Source of the DNA: Podarcis liolepis
Lineage: Eukaryota
Assembly: GCA_965112155.1 (NCBI GenBank)
Contig: OZ218106.1
Reading direction: 5' to 3' (one strand)
Length of the DNA: 64,000 nucleotides
Every line of letters begins with the position of its first letter. Position 1 is the first letter of the stretch. The notes beneath the pieces were generated by a model. That model did not search any database. It saw only the letters and a program-made list of their open reading frames with translations, and had not been told where the DNA came from. The translations under genes and the position numbers were made by a program. Below, one piece after another: positions 14,220-25,544 of the stretch.

Positions 14220-14746
14220 TGGTAAAAGAGTATTGGGAAATGATTTCTAATGAATTGGGGGGGTGTTTAAAATTACTTTCCCCCCCAAAAAAATCCTTTC
14301 TGTTGGGGATAATTCCCAGGTGTCAGAAAAGGTTATTTATGTATGCAACAACTGCGGCCCATGTTTTGTTAGCCCCAAAATGGAAAATGAGTGAGTTCCC
14401 AACCAAAGAAGATTGGCAACTTAAGTTGACAAAATATGCACAACTTGCAGGCTTCACATATAGAATAAGAGAACAAGAAGAAGATACGTTTAAAGAAGAT
14501 TGGAAAACGTTTATTGAATATGTGAAAAATATTTGTGTATAGCTGAAAATGCTGGCAGCATTAAGATAAATTCAACAGTGTAAGTAGGTTTTGATTGATG
14601 TAATAATGGAAAACCGATTGGTATAGTTTTTGTAAAATATGCAGGGATATAAAATATGTAAAATGAACCATGGAAAGAGAAGAAGGGAAGTCACTGATAT
14701 CTGAAGTATGTAAAATGTTTATCTGAAATTTAAACAAAATCATATT
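14220..14746 (+). mobile_element. L1-clade LINE 3' end (ORF2 C-terminus and 3' UTR)
   Basis: YWEMISNEL..FLLGI..LFMYATTAA.VLLA.KWK..P...W..F.EDW..F..Y pattern; followed by an (AG)n tract at 14747-14794. Confidence 0.75.
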
Positions 14747-14747
14747 A

Positions 14748-14781
<34 letters not shown>

Positions 14782-15994
14782 GGAGAGGGAGAGAAACAAA
14801 ATGGGATGCTGGACTTCATAGGCCATCAGCTTGCTCCAGCAGGCTCTTGTTATGTCCTGATGTCTGTTGCATGCCTCATCCAATTGTTTCACTACCACAT
14901 GTCCTTCAGTAGAACAGATACAGTAATAATGACCTTCTCTAAAATATGTTTTGAGAGCTACAATGGGAAAGTCTACTTAGTCTCCAAGAGTATTTCTACC
15001 AAATGTCATTTAACTGTATTGCCACTGGGAATCCCCATCCTGGATGGTGGGGCCTCCATCCAGCCTGGAAACGGGAGACTTGGCCAACCTGGCACAAGAG
15101 ACAACACAATGAGTGCACTGAAACACAGCCATTCTTTGAAATTCACAGTTATCTCAATTTGGCAACGCAGTTCTCCAGGCAAATATTGCATGCAAAAATA
15201 CATATGCAAGGGTAAAATGTGCAGATGTAAATGATGTGCAGATATAAAGAGACATGCAAAAATGCAGCATATCAGGGAAACTCGCTTTCCAAAAATTGCA
15301 CAAAAACGTATGTATTTGGGGGGAAATGACACTAAAATGCTAGTGAATTTTGATGTGGACATTTTTAAAAAAAATAAATTACAAACTAATGTAGAGAACT
15401 GAACTTGACTGGAAAAATAAGAAACTAAGAGAAAAGTAACAGAATTTCCCATCCCTACTTATATCTGCTATTAAGATCTAAAAAGAAGTGCCCAATTTCA
15501 AGCACCAGTTTTAACCTTTAAAAAGCTCTCAAGGGCGTAAAATTAGCTTAACTCGGGGGATGGAGGGGTACGCATACCCCTAAATATTTGTGAATCTTTG
15601 TACTTTTGTCCCTTTACTGCATTTACTTTTCCTGATTTGAACTATAAAATGCTGGTTTTCTTGAGTCAAAATGAGAGTACCCCTAAACATTTTTTAAAAA
15701 GAAAAATGCACTGCATATGCCTAACTGAAACTTAAGTTCCACTTCAGAGGCTTTGCTCCAGGTGCCCCTGCAACTGAACTGAGGTGGGTAGCTAACAAGT
15801 ATCTATTTCTCCTTTGGGACTCAGCCTACACCATGCTGCCTCCCCCTGAGGCCATCCCTCAGAGCCCTTCTCAAGTGCTTTTGCCTGGCTGAAATGTGTC
15901 CTTAAATTGTGACGAACACTCTTGCTTGCCTGACCAGAGGATGGATAATGTTTGCATGGCTGGAATGTAGCCTACTGTTCAAAGGTAAGAGTTA

Positions 15995-16239
15995 CAGTGG
16001 TACCTCGGGTTACAGAGGCTTCAGGTTATGTGTTTAAGGGTTGCGCACCGCGCCGAACCCGGAAGTACCGGAACGGGTTACTTCCGGGTTTCAGCGCTCG
16101 TGCATGAGCAGAAGCACTAAATCGTGCTTTGCACATGCGCAGAAGCACCGAATTGCGACCCACACGTGCGCAGGTGTGATGCTGCAGGTTGCGAACGTGC
16201 CTCCCGCACAGATCACGTTCGCAACACGAGGTTCCACTG
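15995..16239. mobile_element. Tc1/mariner MITE, CpG-rich
   Basis: TIRs CAGTGGTACCTCG / CGAGGTTCCACTG; TA TSD. Confidence 0.88.
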
Positions 16240-17605
16240 TATTTGCATTGCTGGACTCCCGAGTACCACCTGCTTTTCTCTCCAGCCTACCCAACATGGC
16301 ATGAGGACCATGGAAGGTTGACCATTCTTCACATGGAAAAAAGTTACCCACCAGCTGTCTGGCTCAGTCAAAGGCAGCTTCTGACCTTCCATAAACACAT
16401 CTAAGACCAAAACTAAGGAGGATGGGCAGGACTACGTGGCACTTCTCATGCTGGTCCTCAGGCCAGGGAGAAGATTAAAGAAGATGTCATGCTGCATGAG
16501 CCAAAAGCATGCTAGAATGACTGCTGTGTCTTTTAGACCTTGGAAAGGTCTACGAAACAACAGCCACGGACCCATTGTCTTTGAAAGAGTTGAGCAAGTG
16601 CTTGGAGGAAAACTTGGATGCCTTTCACACACATTTGGAGACACCCCCTGTACTTTTTTGCTCTTTTTCTGCTTTTTCCGGTATTCCTTTGCATGATGTC
16701 TGACTTTCATATAGAAATGTTTCCAACGGTCTTCCAAAACTGGGGCACGCCATGGAAAATAACGCTGCAGATGATTGATTATGAAAACGGGAGACACAAC
16801 CGAATCGCATGCCAAAATGAGAGCACAGACGACATTGCTCAGTTTCCATTTCAAACAAATAAGACAGTGGAACAATCAGGAATCTGCCAAGGTAAATTAA
16901 TCCAGCATGTACAGAACACCAGCAGAATGGAGGCAGATTCGTAGATGGTCGCTGTGATATGTAACCATGGCAGTGATGAAAGATACCATTCTCCTGCTTC
17001 GTGTTTTCCTTGAGGCTGGCCAGATTTTGCTCTTCTAATTTTACAGCAATTCCAGTCGAGGAGGTCTAATGCTATACAGTATTATAATTGGGAATCAGAA
17101 TATAGCCCAGTGCAGGTGATAATTCTAGCTACTACCAAGGGGCAGGGAGGGAACCCACTCAAAGATTTCTTCCTTCTAGAAAAGTTGACACTTGATTGAC
17201 TGTTCTTCATTGTCCCCTCACCTCTCATTATGAAGATAAACAGAAACAGAAAAAGACTTGTTCAACCGAGGAGAGAAACAGTGACAGGCACAAAAGTAAG
17301 CTATTGTCCGTGAAAATATAACAGGCTTCAAGGTCATGTCAGTTAAATTCTTTCATCTGCCACCTGCAGTGAGTGCTGGAATCAGAACACAGAAAACGGG
17401 TCAGACTTGTCCAGCTGCATGTCTGTGTGTCACAGAACACTAAACCTATGCTTTATTTGGCACTGTCATTCTATGGGTCTGACACAGGCTGAACTCCACA
17501 TGAGGTGAATTTGATTGCTAGTGCTTCACAAAGCTGTTTCCATGAACATCAATTTAGAATCACACAACACAATTTAAAAGTTGACAGATCTTCATGGTAT
17601 TGCTA

Positions 17606-17639
<34 letters not shown>
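17606..17639. repeat. (TGT)n microsatellite
   Basis: Direct inspection. Confidence 0.95.
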
Positions 17640-19309
17640 ATTTCAGGTACTTGTATACCATTTAATATTCAGAGTTTCTAAGCAGTGTGCATAAAATATT
17701 TTAAACCATAAAAAAGAATTGAAATTCAGCATAAAACAGAAAATACTTTAGTGTGATCTGCTAATGTTTACATGATGTGAATTATCTATGCAAAATATTG
17801 TTTGAAAATTGTGATAATTTCATCAATAAGGTATAGTATGAATGAACGAACGAACGAATGAATGAATGTTTATTATTACGGCTAAACAGTCAGCATATAG
17901 TATAGTAGGCAGAGATCAAAATGAGAATAGGTGAATGTAGATTTACAGCTTTAATTCCCCAGTAAATAATATACAATACCTGTGGCCTCTTTTCCCTGTG
18001 AACACTGTTGCTTCAGTTTCTTTTCTTGTGTTGGAGAAGACTGCCCATTTTGGTTCTCCCAGTTTCTCATTTTTCCAATCTTAAATTCAGTTCTCTACAT
18101 TTCTTCAAAAATTCACACATTTCTTCTTTAAAAAATCCTCAGGAAAATTCTTCAGTATTTTAGTGCACATTTCTTCTCATAAACACATTTTTATATAGCT
18201 TTGACTATATACACACTTTTGCAAGCAATCTCTCATTATATAATGCATTTTTGTATGCTATTTTCACTAACCATGTTGATATTTGTTTGTTTGTTTGTTT
18301 GTTTGTTTGCATACTTTTCCCTATATATGCATTATTGTAAACATTCTTTGGCTTGAGAACTGCATCACAAAATTCAAATATCTGTACCTGGGAATAAGCC
18401 CCACTATTCAACAGGACTTACTTCTGGGTAGACATGTCTAGGATTGCATTGTTGGGCAGTTTTATGGCTGTGACAGGCTTCTCTAGAAAGCCTGTTAGTC
18501 ACTGATCCATCCTTCATATCTGTTTTATTTGGAGCATGATATTTTCTTGACATTAGCGGGCAGCTGAAAAAGCACATGGTCTAATGCCCATTAACATCAG
18601 GTTCCCTTTAATGCCTTGTAAATGTCTAACGCTTACACTGAGATCGTGTTTGCTTAATGAATTCATAGTAAGCTTGAAGATGCTGGTCTGCTTTCATTTA
18701 ATTGGGTCCCTTCATAAATAATAATTTTTAAAGCTTCCTTCATGTTATTCTTCAGAGTTCCGATCCCCCATTCATCTTCCAGCAGCTACACAACAGATGG
18801 ACTTGACTTTGGCATGAATGATGTTGAGTATCCATCTACCAGTAGCTGAAGCCAATAGCCTCCTTCATTCTTTGGCATGGAAATATTGAGTTTCACATAG
18901 AAATGGGGAAAATGCCTTTATAGTCATCTCTACGTGAAATACAATATATTTGCTTGATAAGCCTAGGCCTTCATATTAATCATAAATCAATTATGCTTAT
19001 CCTTAACCTCAGAAATGCTGCTTTCGCTTCCTTTCTTCCGTATGAAATCCAAGAGGATATTCACAGCAATTATGTTGCCTTTTATACAAATCATAAGCTC
19101 ATATTGTAATCATTAGTGCTATAGCCAATTCATTTTCTGCTTTACAGCAGTTCGGGTGGCTGTTCCATTTACTTGCAGGAGAATTTCTTCCCCAGCCCCT
19201 GTTACTGAACTAGACCCTTTTACTAAATGTTTTCCCCCAATTTGTTCATATTTTGCTCTTTTGTAGGTTGGAAACCAACAAGTTTCTTGTGTTTAAGAAA
19301 AGGGATCAG

Positions 19310-19450
19310 ACATTTCAATCCTACCTTCCTTCTGTCATGGAACCCAAAGCAACCGCATGGGTGTCCCAGGCAGTATCCTGCCCAGGCACAGATCGAATTG
19401 AGACCTGCTTAGCTTCAGTAAGGTAGTGGCCTTGTGTGCCTTCGGACCAT
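19310..19450 (-). mobile_element. Degenerate 5S-rRNA-derived SINE fragment
   Basis: Minus strand reads gaagctaagcagg...gtgcctgggcaggatactgcctggga, resembling the 5S internal promoter boxes A and C. Confidence 0.5.
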
Positions 19451-19508
19451 ATCAGGTATGCAGTGCTGTTTTTCTAGAAAAAGATGTGCCAGAACTCACC
19501 AGTGTGGT

Positions 19509-19771
19509 GAGAGCCAGTGTGGTGTAGTGGTTAAGAGCAGTAGTCTCGTAATCTGGGGAACCAGGTTCGTGTCTCCGCTCCTCCACATGCAGCTGCTGGG
19601 TGACCTTGGGCCAGTCACACTTCTCTGAAGTCTCTCAGCCTCACTCACCTCACAGAGTGTTTGTTGTGGGGGAGGACGGGAAAGGAGAATGTTAGCCACT
19701 TTGAGACACCTCCTGGTAGTGATAAAGCAGGATATCAAATCCAAACTCCTCCTCCTCCTCCTCTTCTTCTT
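19509..19771 (+). mobile_element. tRNA-derived CORE SINE (Squam3-like), nested in a hAT-type MITE (19461-19861)
   Basis: A box tggtgtagtgg, B box ggttcg, CORE gctgggtgaccttgggccagtcac, (CCT/CTT)n tail. Confidence 0.82.
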
Positions 19772-20129
19772 CCCCATGAACATTTCCCTCATTTTCTTAG
19801 AATGGCAATAGCACCCACCTGATAGGTGCCAGAACTCAGTTCTGGCTGGAAAAAAGTCCTGTGATATAGAAATCCAGGTATTACCTGATATGCCACTCTG
19901 GCCATGTCAAAAAGGAATAAAATCACAGTCATCCTACTATATTCTTGGGTTTCTTAGCATTCCTGAGCACATTTAGAACATTTGTGGGTCCTGTGGGTGC
20001 CCTGGCAACCTGAGGGATTGCTCAGCCAGTGTAGCATGCAGTGGCATGCGGTGAAATGTTTCATAAGGGAAGAGTTTGGGAAATAGCTTGCAAGGGGTGG
20101 GGTGGGGGTCGATATATTGTGTTTGACCT

Positions 20130-20955
20130 TGTGATGTCCTGACATCACACACATGAGCACTGCACCTCCCTAAGCCAGGCAGAAGCTTCCCGGACTTTGA
20201 GAAGCAGGTGCCAGGACTCTGACAGGATGCTAAGGCCCTCCTGCTTTCTTCCAAAAACCTGGGAGGTTTGAGAAGATGACAGAACGGATCTTGAACCCAT
20301 CGGAGCCTCGTGTCTTCCTCCCTAACCCGGGCATAAGCTTCCTGGGCTTTCAGAATGAGACACCAGGGGAACATTTAGGGGACTAGCCTAGTCCCCTTAG
20401 TCCAATGACCACACGCCGCTGAAAGCATAAGACTTTTAATCTCAAGGCGTGGCAATCACACAGGGTCCCTGGACGTTTAACGGTCTATTGATCCCTGTGC
20501 CACCGCTGTGCTCACTTCCCCGCTGCCACCAACCAGTTACTCTCTGGTAAAACACTGAGTCCAGTCAGTTGTTAAAAGTGAACCAAAAAAACAAGTTTAT
20601 TTTACAAACATTATCAAGTTTATGGTTTCTCAGATAATATTCCTGTCAGTTTCTTAAGTTTCTTTAGTTTCTTTACCAGCCTGTACCTTCCTAATACCTT
20701 CTGGCTGATTATCTCAACTGTTTGACTGACTCCTCTTAACAAAGTCTCTCACTCTCTCACACCAGATTAGCCCAACCCACAGACTTATCTTCTCTGACTC
20801 TTCTAACTCCAGACTGTCTTCTCAACAACTCTAACTCCCTAAAAAAACCTCTGTGCTTAAAACTTATACACAGTTAACTCTGCCCCCGAGTTCCCATTGG
20901 TTAGTCATTTTACAATTAGTTAACCCTTTCCCTATGAACCCAGTATGATGTCACA
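20130..20955 (-). mobile_element. Solo LTR-like element (Gypsy-like)
   Basis: TGTGA..TCACA ends. Minus-strand CCAAT (~20896-20900), TATA (~20863-20869) and AATAAA (~20596-20601) in the expected order. No clean TSD. Confidence 0.55.
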
Positions 20956-20976
20956 CACATAGGAGGGCCAACTCCA

Positions 20977-21079
20977 CTCAGGGCCATGAGTTTCAAGCTC
21001 CACATTGGGTGAAAGATTCTTGTATTGCAGGGAGCTGGACTGGATTATCCTTGTGGTCCCTTCCAACTCTATGATCCTA
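20977..21079 (+). mobile_element. 3' part of a tRNA(Lys)-derived SINE with CR1-type tail (Squam2-like)
   Basis: 3' half of tRNA-Lys followed by ggactgga..ggtcccttccaactctatgat CR1 tail. Confidence 0.65.
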
Positions 21080-22965
21080 GAACCCACACAGAGCTCCTAC
21101 ATTTGAGCAAGAGCTCATGTATGGGATTTTCATTACAAATGTGATGTTGGGTGTGGCAGCTCCAAAACACAGCCCTATTCCTCATTCGACACACATATGC
21201 CCTACCTGCAAGAAACACATGGACAGCACATATGAAGCTGAATTTCCACATACAATGTCTTGCAGTATTTGAATCCTAGCTCTTGGCTTCCATACAGAGT
21301 CCAAAACATTAAAGGTGGAGAAGACACATCAGTAAACCATTTGGAGCTGAGACAGGATGTCTATGCATAATTTGCCTCTAAGATAAGCCAACATTTCATT
21401 TCTTGCTAAAAAACAAAAAATGTAGTTACAGCCAGATGCGTAAGGGCATCACAATTCTTCCTTTCTTTTTTGCCAAAGGTAATGAGAGGGCTGATGGCTT
21501 CCACTTGAGAATTGATGCCTTGCTGTCAAATCCCCAAAGTATTCCTTTATTCCATGAGCGCTATGAAAGAAGGTGTCATGAAATCATCTCTTCTGTCTAG
21601 CTCAGATATTCTGGAATCTAAACCATGGTCTTCCAATCACATCCCACTGCCCTTTCCATATTAAATACAGAACTGCCAAGAATGAGTGGAAACAGGTGTG
21701 TACAGCCAAAAAAAAGGAGAGATGATCACATCTTAAACCATTTGAGTAGGATCCCCGAGGCTTCGTGTGGAATCAAATCTGGCTGCAATCAACAAGCAAA
21801 CATTTTGGAGTTCTACCGTTAAGCTTCAGAGGAGACGAGAAAAATTAACCAGTGAGAGGGTGTTAGTAAAAGGGCATTGGGGGGGGGGATGCTCCTGTTA
21901 TGCTTCCAGAACAGTTTTATTCCATCACCATTTACAAAACCGCCTTTTCGTTCCTCGCAGCTTCAAATACAATCAGTGCCACAATTATCTCAAGCTCATT
22001 TGCCTCCTTTCATTGGAAAGCATCAGGTGAAAAGTGCAAAATTTTGAAATAATGCAAACATTTTGTGGTGGGGAAGAGGGAGGGAGCATAGTGCCTGCAA
22101 ATCAAAAGGTAGTAGCAGATGAAAAGGTATCACAGAGGTTATGATGTGGCTGTTCTAAAGGCACCACAGCATTCTTACAAACAGTGTATGGGGGAAGCTG
22201 TGACAACAATTGCCACATTTATAAGATACAAGCCTGCAGTCCTATATACACGTATGTCCCATTGAGCTCAACGGAACTTACTTCTGAGCAGAAAAAAAAG
22301 GATGCTGGAGAACAGCAAGGCTGTCACAAATCCTAGAAAATGGTGTAAACAGCTAGTCAATTCCGTGACCGTATTTATTTGCATGGAGAAACAGTGACAT
22401 CTGGTGGCCACCTAAATACATTTCAGACGGATGTTCTAAATGCAGAATTTCCTATAAATACATCTAGGTTTGATTTTGTTTTCAGAGTAAACAATTCCTT
22501 TTTTCAAATAAGAACTTGCCTTCTCTGTGGTACATTCTCAACAGATTTGATATACCAAAATTAAACAAAATGGTAAATTGTGTACAAATATTGTTTAGTA
22601 TGTTGTCCTGTAAATAGAACAAAGACATGACTTTAAATATATGCAAAGGCTGGACTTTATTTGAAAGTTGAAATATATTTGAAAATGTCACTTTGAAACT
22701 TTATTTGAAAGTGTGTTTATTAGGACTTCCAGATTTCTATCCAATTTTACTTAATTGACAGAAATGATTTTTAATGGCATTCAATTCTAAGCATTTAAAC
22801 TAAGCTTTGGCCCTGCACAGTAACAGTACTTACTGTGAATAATCACAGTGTCCCTGGTTTAATACTAAAGTTCAGAAATATGAATGTCATTCTTAAATAC
22901 TTTAAAATTATTGACTGTCAAAATTTGATAATGAAGCACGTGAACGTAAGCAGGTACTCGCTTGG

Positions 22966-23620
22966 TGTTAAATAAGGATCAGGCAGACTCAGCAATGGAG
23001 AATAAGAAGGTGAAGTTTATTGCCAGGCAATAAGGACCCAGTTTGGAATCTCTTCCAAAAGGAACTGGGACCCCGATTGACAGAAATCCAGAGGTCTTTA
23101 TACCTGAGCAGATCACAGCAAATCATAGATCATGAGACAACCATGAGGCAGTCACAATATCGCCAGCAAAAATTAGCCAATTAGCGAGCTTCTTGCCATG
23201 CTTCCAGCTCCTGGTCAAGCACGGAGTTCTAGTTCTGCTTTCCGCTGCTTGCAGTGACGCTCTGTCTAACCTCTCCCCTAGTTATGACAGGACAGGGAGT
23301 ATTGGAGATTTTGTGGTTTAGCTCTTCCTGTTCCAGTGGACTAATTTAGCCTGTATCTGAGGGGATTTTGTACCAGTATCTCTGATTCACGTCTTCCCCT
23401 TGTCCAGGGTACACGGATGTTTGTAGGGGAAAGGTCGGCTCCTAATTTTGCTGTTTCAAGCAATATGCAGATAGCTAAGGCACAGCTTCCCTTTGATTCA
23501 AAATGGATTATAAAATACTGTAAACCCTGATTATGTGTGAGCATATATGAATATATTGATTACTGATAACTGATTATATGAATAGCATTAAGGGTAGCCC
23601 TTCTTCCTTGCCTCAATAAC
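22966..23620 (-). mobile_element. ERV-like solo LTR (far end uncertain)
   Basis: TGTT end; minus-strand TATAAA (23097-23102) followed by a hairpin and AATAAA (23016-23021). Confidence 0.45.
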
Positions 23621-23799
23621 TGATAATAAAATGGATTATAATGTGATTATTTTTTTTGAAAAAATCTGCTCTTCTTTGTTAACAGACTGATGGTTTAAAT
23701 AAAGATGTCATTGTTCCACACACTGAGATCTTAGGCTAAAGGGTGGGCTGTAAATTACATGAAAGTGAACCCATAAAAAGAAGAAAAGGGGGGGGGGAA

Positions 23800-24690
23800 T
23801 ACGCTAGCAAAAGGCAGAGAAGCACACAATGACGGCTCCCCGCTTAAACGGGGGGCGCCCTTTGCGTGGACGCGTGCAGCCCCTAGATCTGGAGCGGCTC
23901 CTACAGCATAGGCTTGGCTTTGCCTTCCCTCAGGTGGGATACCTGGAGGTCTCCGCCTACCTCAGTCAGCTGTCCAATCCCACCTGGGGGAAGCGTTGCC
24001 AAGGAGACCAGGCCAGGTAGGGGAGGGATTACCTGCCCACACAATAGAGGGAGGATCTTACCTAGGAATCCTCACTTGGCTCCAGAGCTTCTCCCACCCT
24101 ACCCACCCTCAGTTAATGTCTTATTTTGCAGGTTAACTTTTCTTCACAGGTTTTGCAGGTTAACTTTTCTTCACAGGTATGCGGGCGCTGCTACGTTAAG
24201 GTCGCTGTTAAAGGGCCGGAAAGGAATTTCCCTGCATTGGCAGGTTTTGCCTTTCCCGTAGCAAAACGTCACAACTTTGGCGGTATCAGGCCTTGGGCGG
24301 AATCCTTTTGTCCATCTTCCTCTTGTGGCGGCAATACCAGGGTTCCCCGTTAAAGGGGTTTTATGAAGGGAGGCTTTGGCCGTACACCGAAAGGTCGTCA
24401 TTGCTCTCTCCTGCGGCGGCGGCGTTACGGGGGCGGCCATCTTTGCTTGAACATATGTTCTCCAGAGCTGGCCCATCCCCCACACACACACTGGATAACC
24501 CTGATGCTCCCTAGGTCCCCGGCCGGGGACCGGGGAGGGAGAACGCCCAATGCCTGAGCCAAGGTCTACCCACATTTGAAATTTAATAAAGTTGTGGCCA
24601 ATTTAATCCCATAGCACGTTGTCTTGAGTCGTTATTCCACGTGATGGGGGGACCGTGCAGGATCTGGGGACTCCGCCTGTCCACGCAAAT
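23800..24690 (+). mobile_element. CpG-rich terminal repeat, probably DIRS/Ngaro-type
   Basis: ~30-bp imperfect inverted repeats (TTTGCGTGGAC.. / ..GTCCACGCAAA), AATAAAGTTGTGGCC at 24585, no TG..CA ends, no clear TSD. Confidence 0.5.
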
Positions 24691-25344
24691 ACCACTTTAC
24701 CTTCATTGCCCAGCAAAGGGTTAGATACGGTTAATCCACCTTCAGTTGTTTCTCTCCCTCTCTGTCTCTCTAAGTCCTCGCCCTCACTGTTAGAACAGCA
24801 GCCTAATGTTTTCAAATCACTTTTCAAAAAGAACTGTCCTTACTCTGGCCAGGTAAATCCACAGGGTTTTTTGCAGGGGGGGGGGAGGAACAGTTTCCAA
24901 ATTCAGCAGCACTAATTATTTCATTGAACTCACTGATGCTGCAAACAATACCATCTTTTAATGCAGGTGCCAATTTTCAGGGCAGTGGAGATCTGAGTTT
25001 TAGCAAAAAGGGTTTTAGATCTGACATAGCTTCCAAGGAGCCGGTGCAGGACAAACTTTGTTGCTTCTTAGCCTTGTGTGCCCCTTTATTTAGTATTAAC
25101 TAATGGGCAATTCCCATTGCAATATGTATCACATCTACACCACCTAAATGATAACCAGCAGGCTTCTGCATCAGATTTGAAACTTAGTAGGACATCATAG
25201 AAACGTCTTTTCTCCAAGACAGGAGGCCCTGTTGGTTTTCCACTGCCCTCAGAAGTTCATTGGTGGCCTGGAAGAGGCCATTTCCTGTGGCAGTCCCAGC
25301 TTGTGGAACACCCTCCCCAAAAATATGCACTTGGCACCTTCATT

Positions 25345-25544
25345 NNNNNNNNNNNNNNNNNNNNNNNNNNNNNNNNNNNNNNNNNNNNNNNNNNNNNNNN
25401 NNNNNNNNNNNNNNNNNNNNNNNNNNNNNNNNNNNNNNNNNNNNNNNNNNNNNNNNNNNNNNNNNNNNNNNNNNNNNNNNNNNNNNNNNNNNNNNNNNNN
25501 NNNNNNNNNNNNNNNNNNNNNNNNNNNNNNNNNNNNNNNNNNNN
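25345..25544. other. Assembly gap (200 N)
   Basis: Run of N; falls within an L2 3' fragment. Confidence 0.99.

Noticed and set aside
19509-19585. Functional tRNA gene (also at 4045, 20424 and the Sauria SINE heads)
   Set aside because: These are SINE heads that run into SINE bodies and lack intact cloverleaves.
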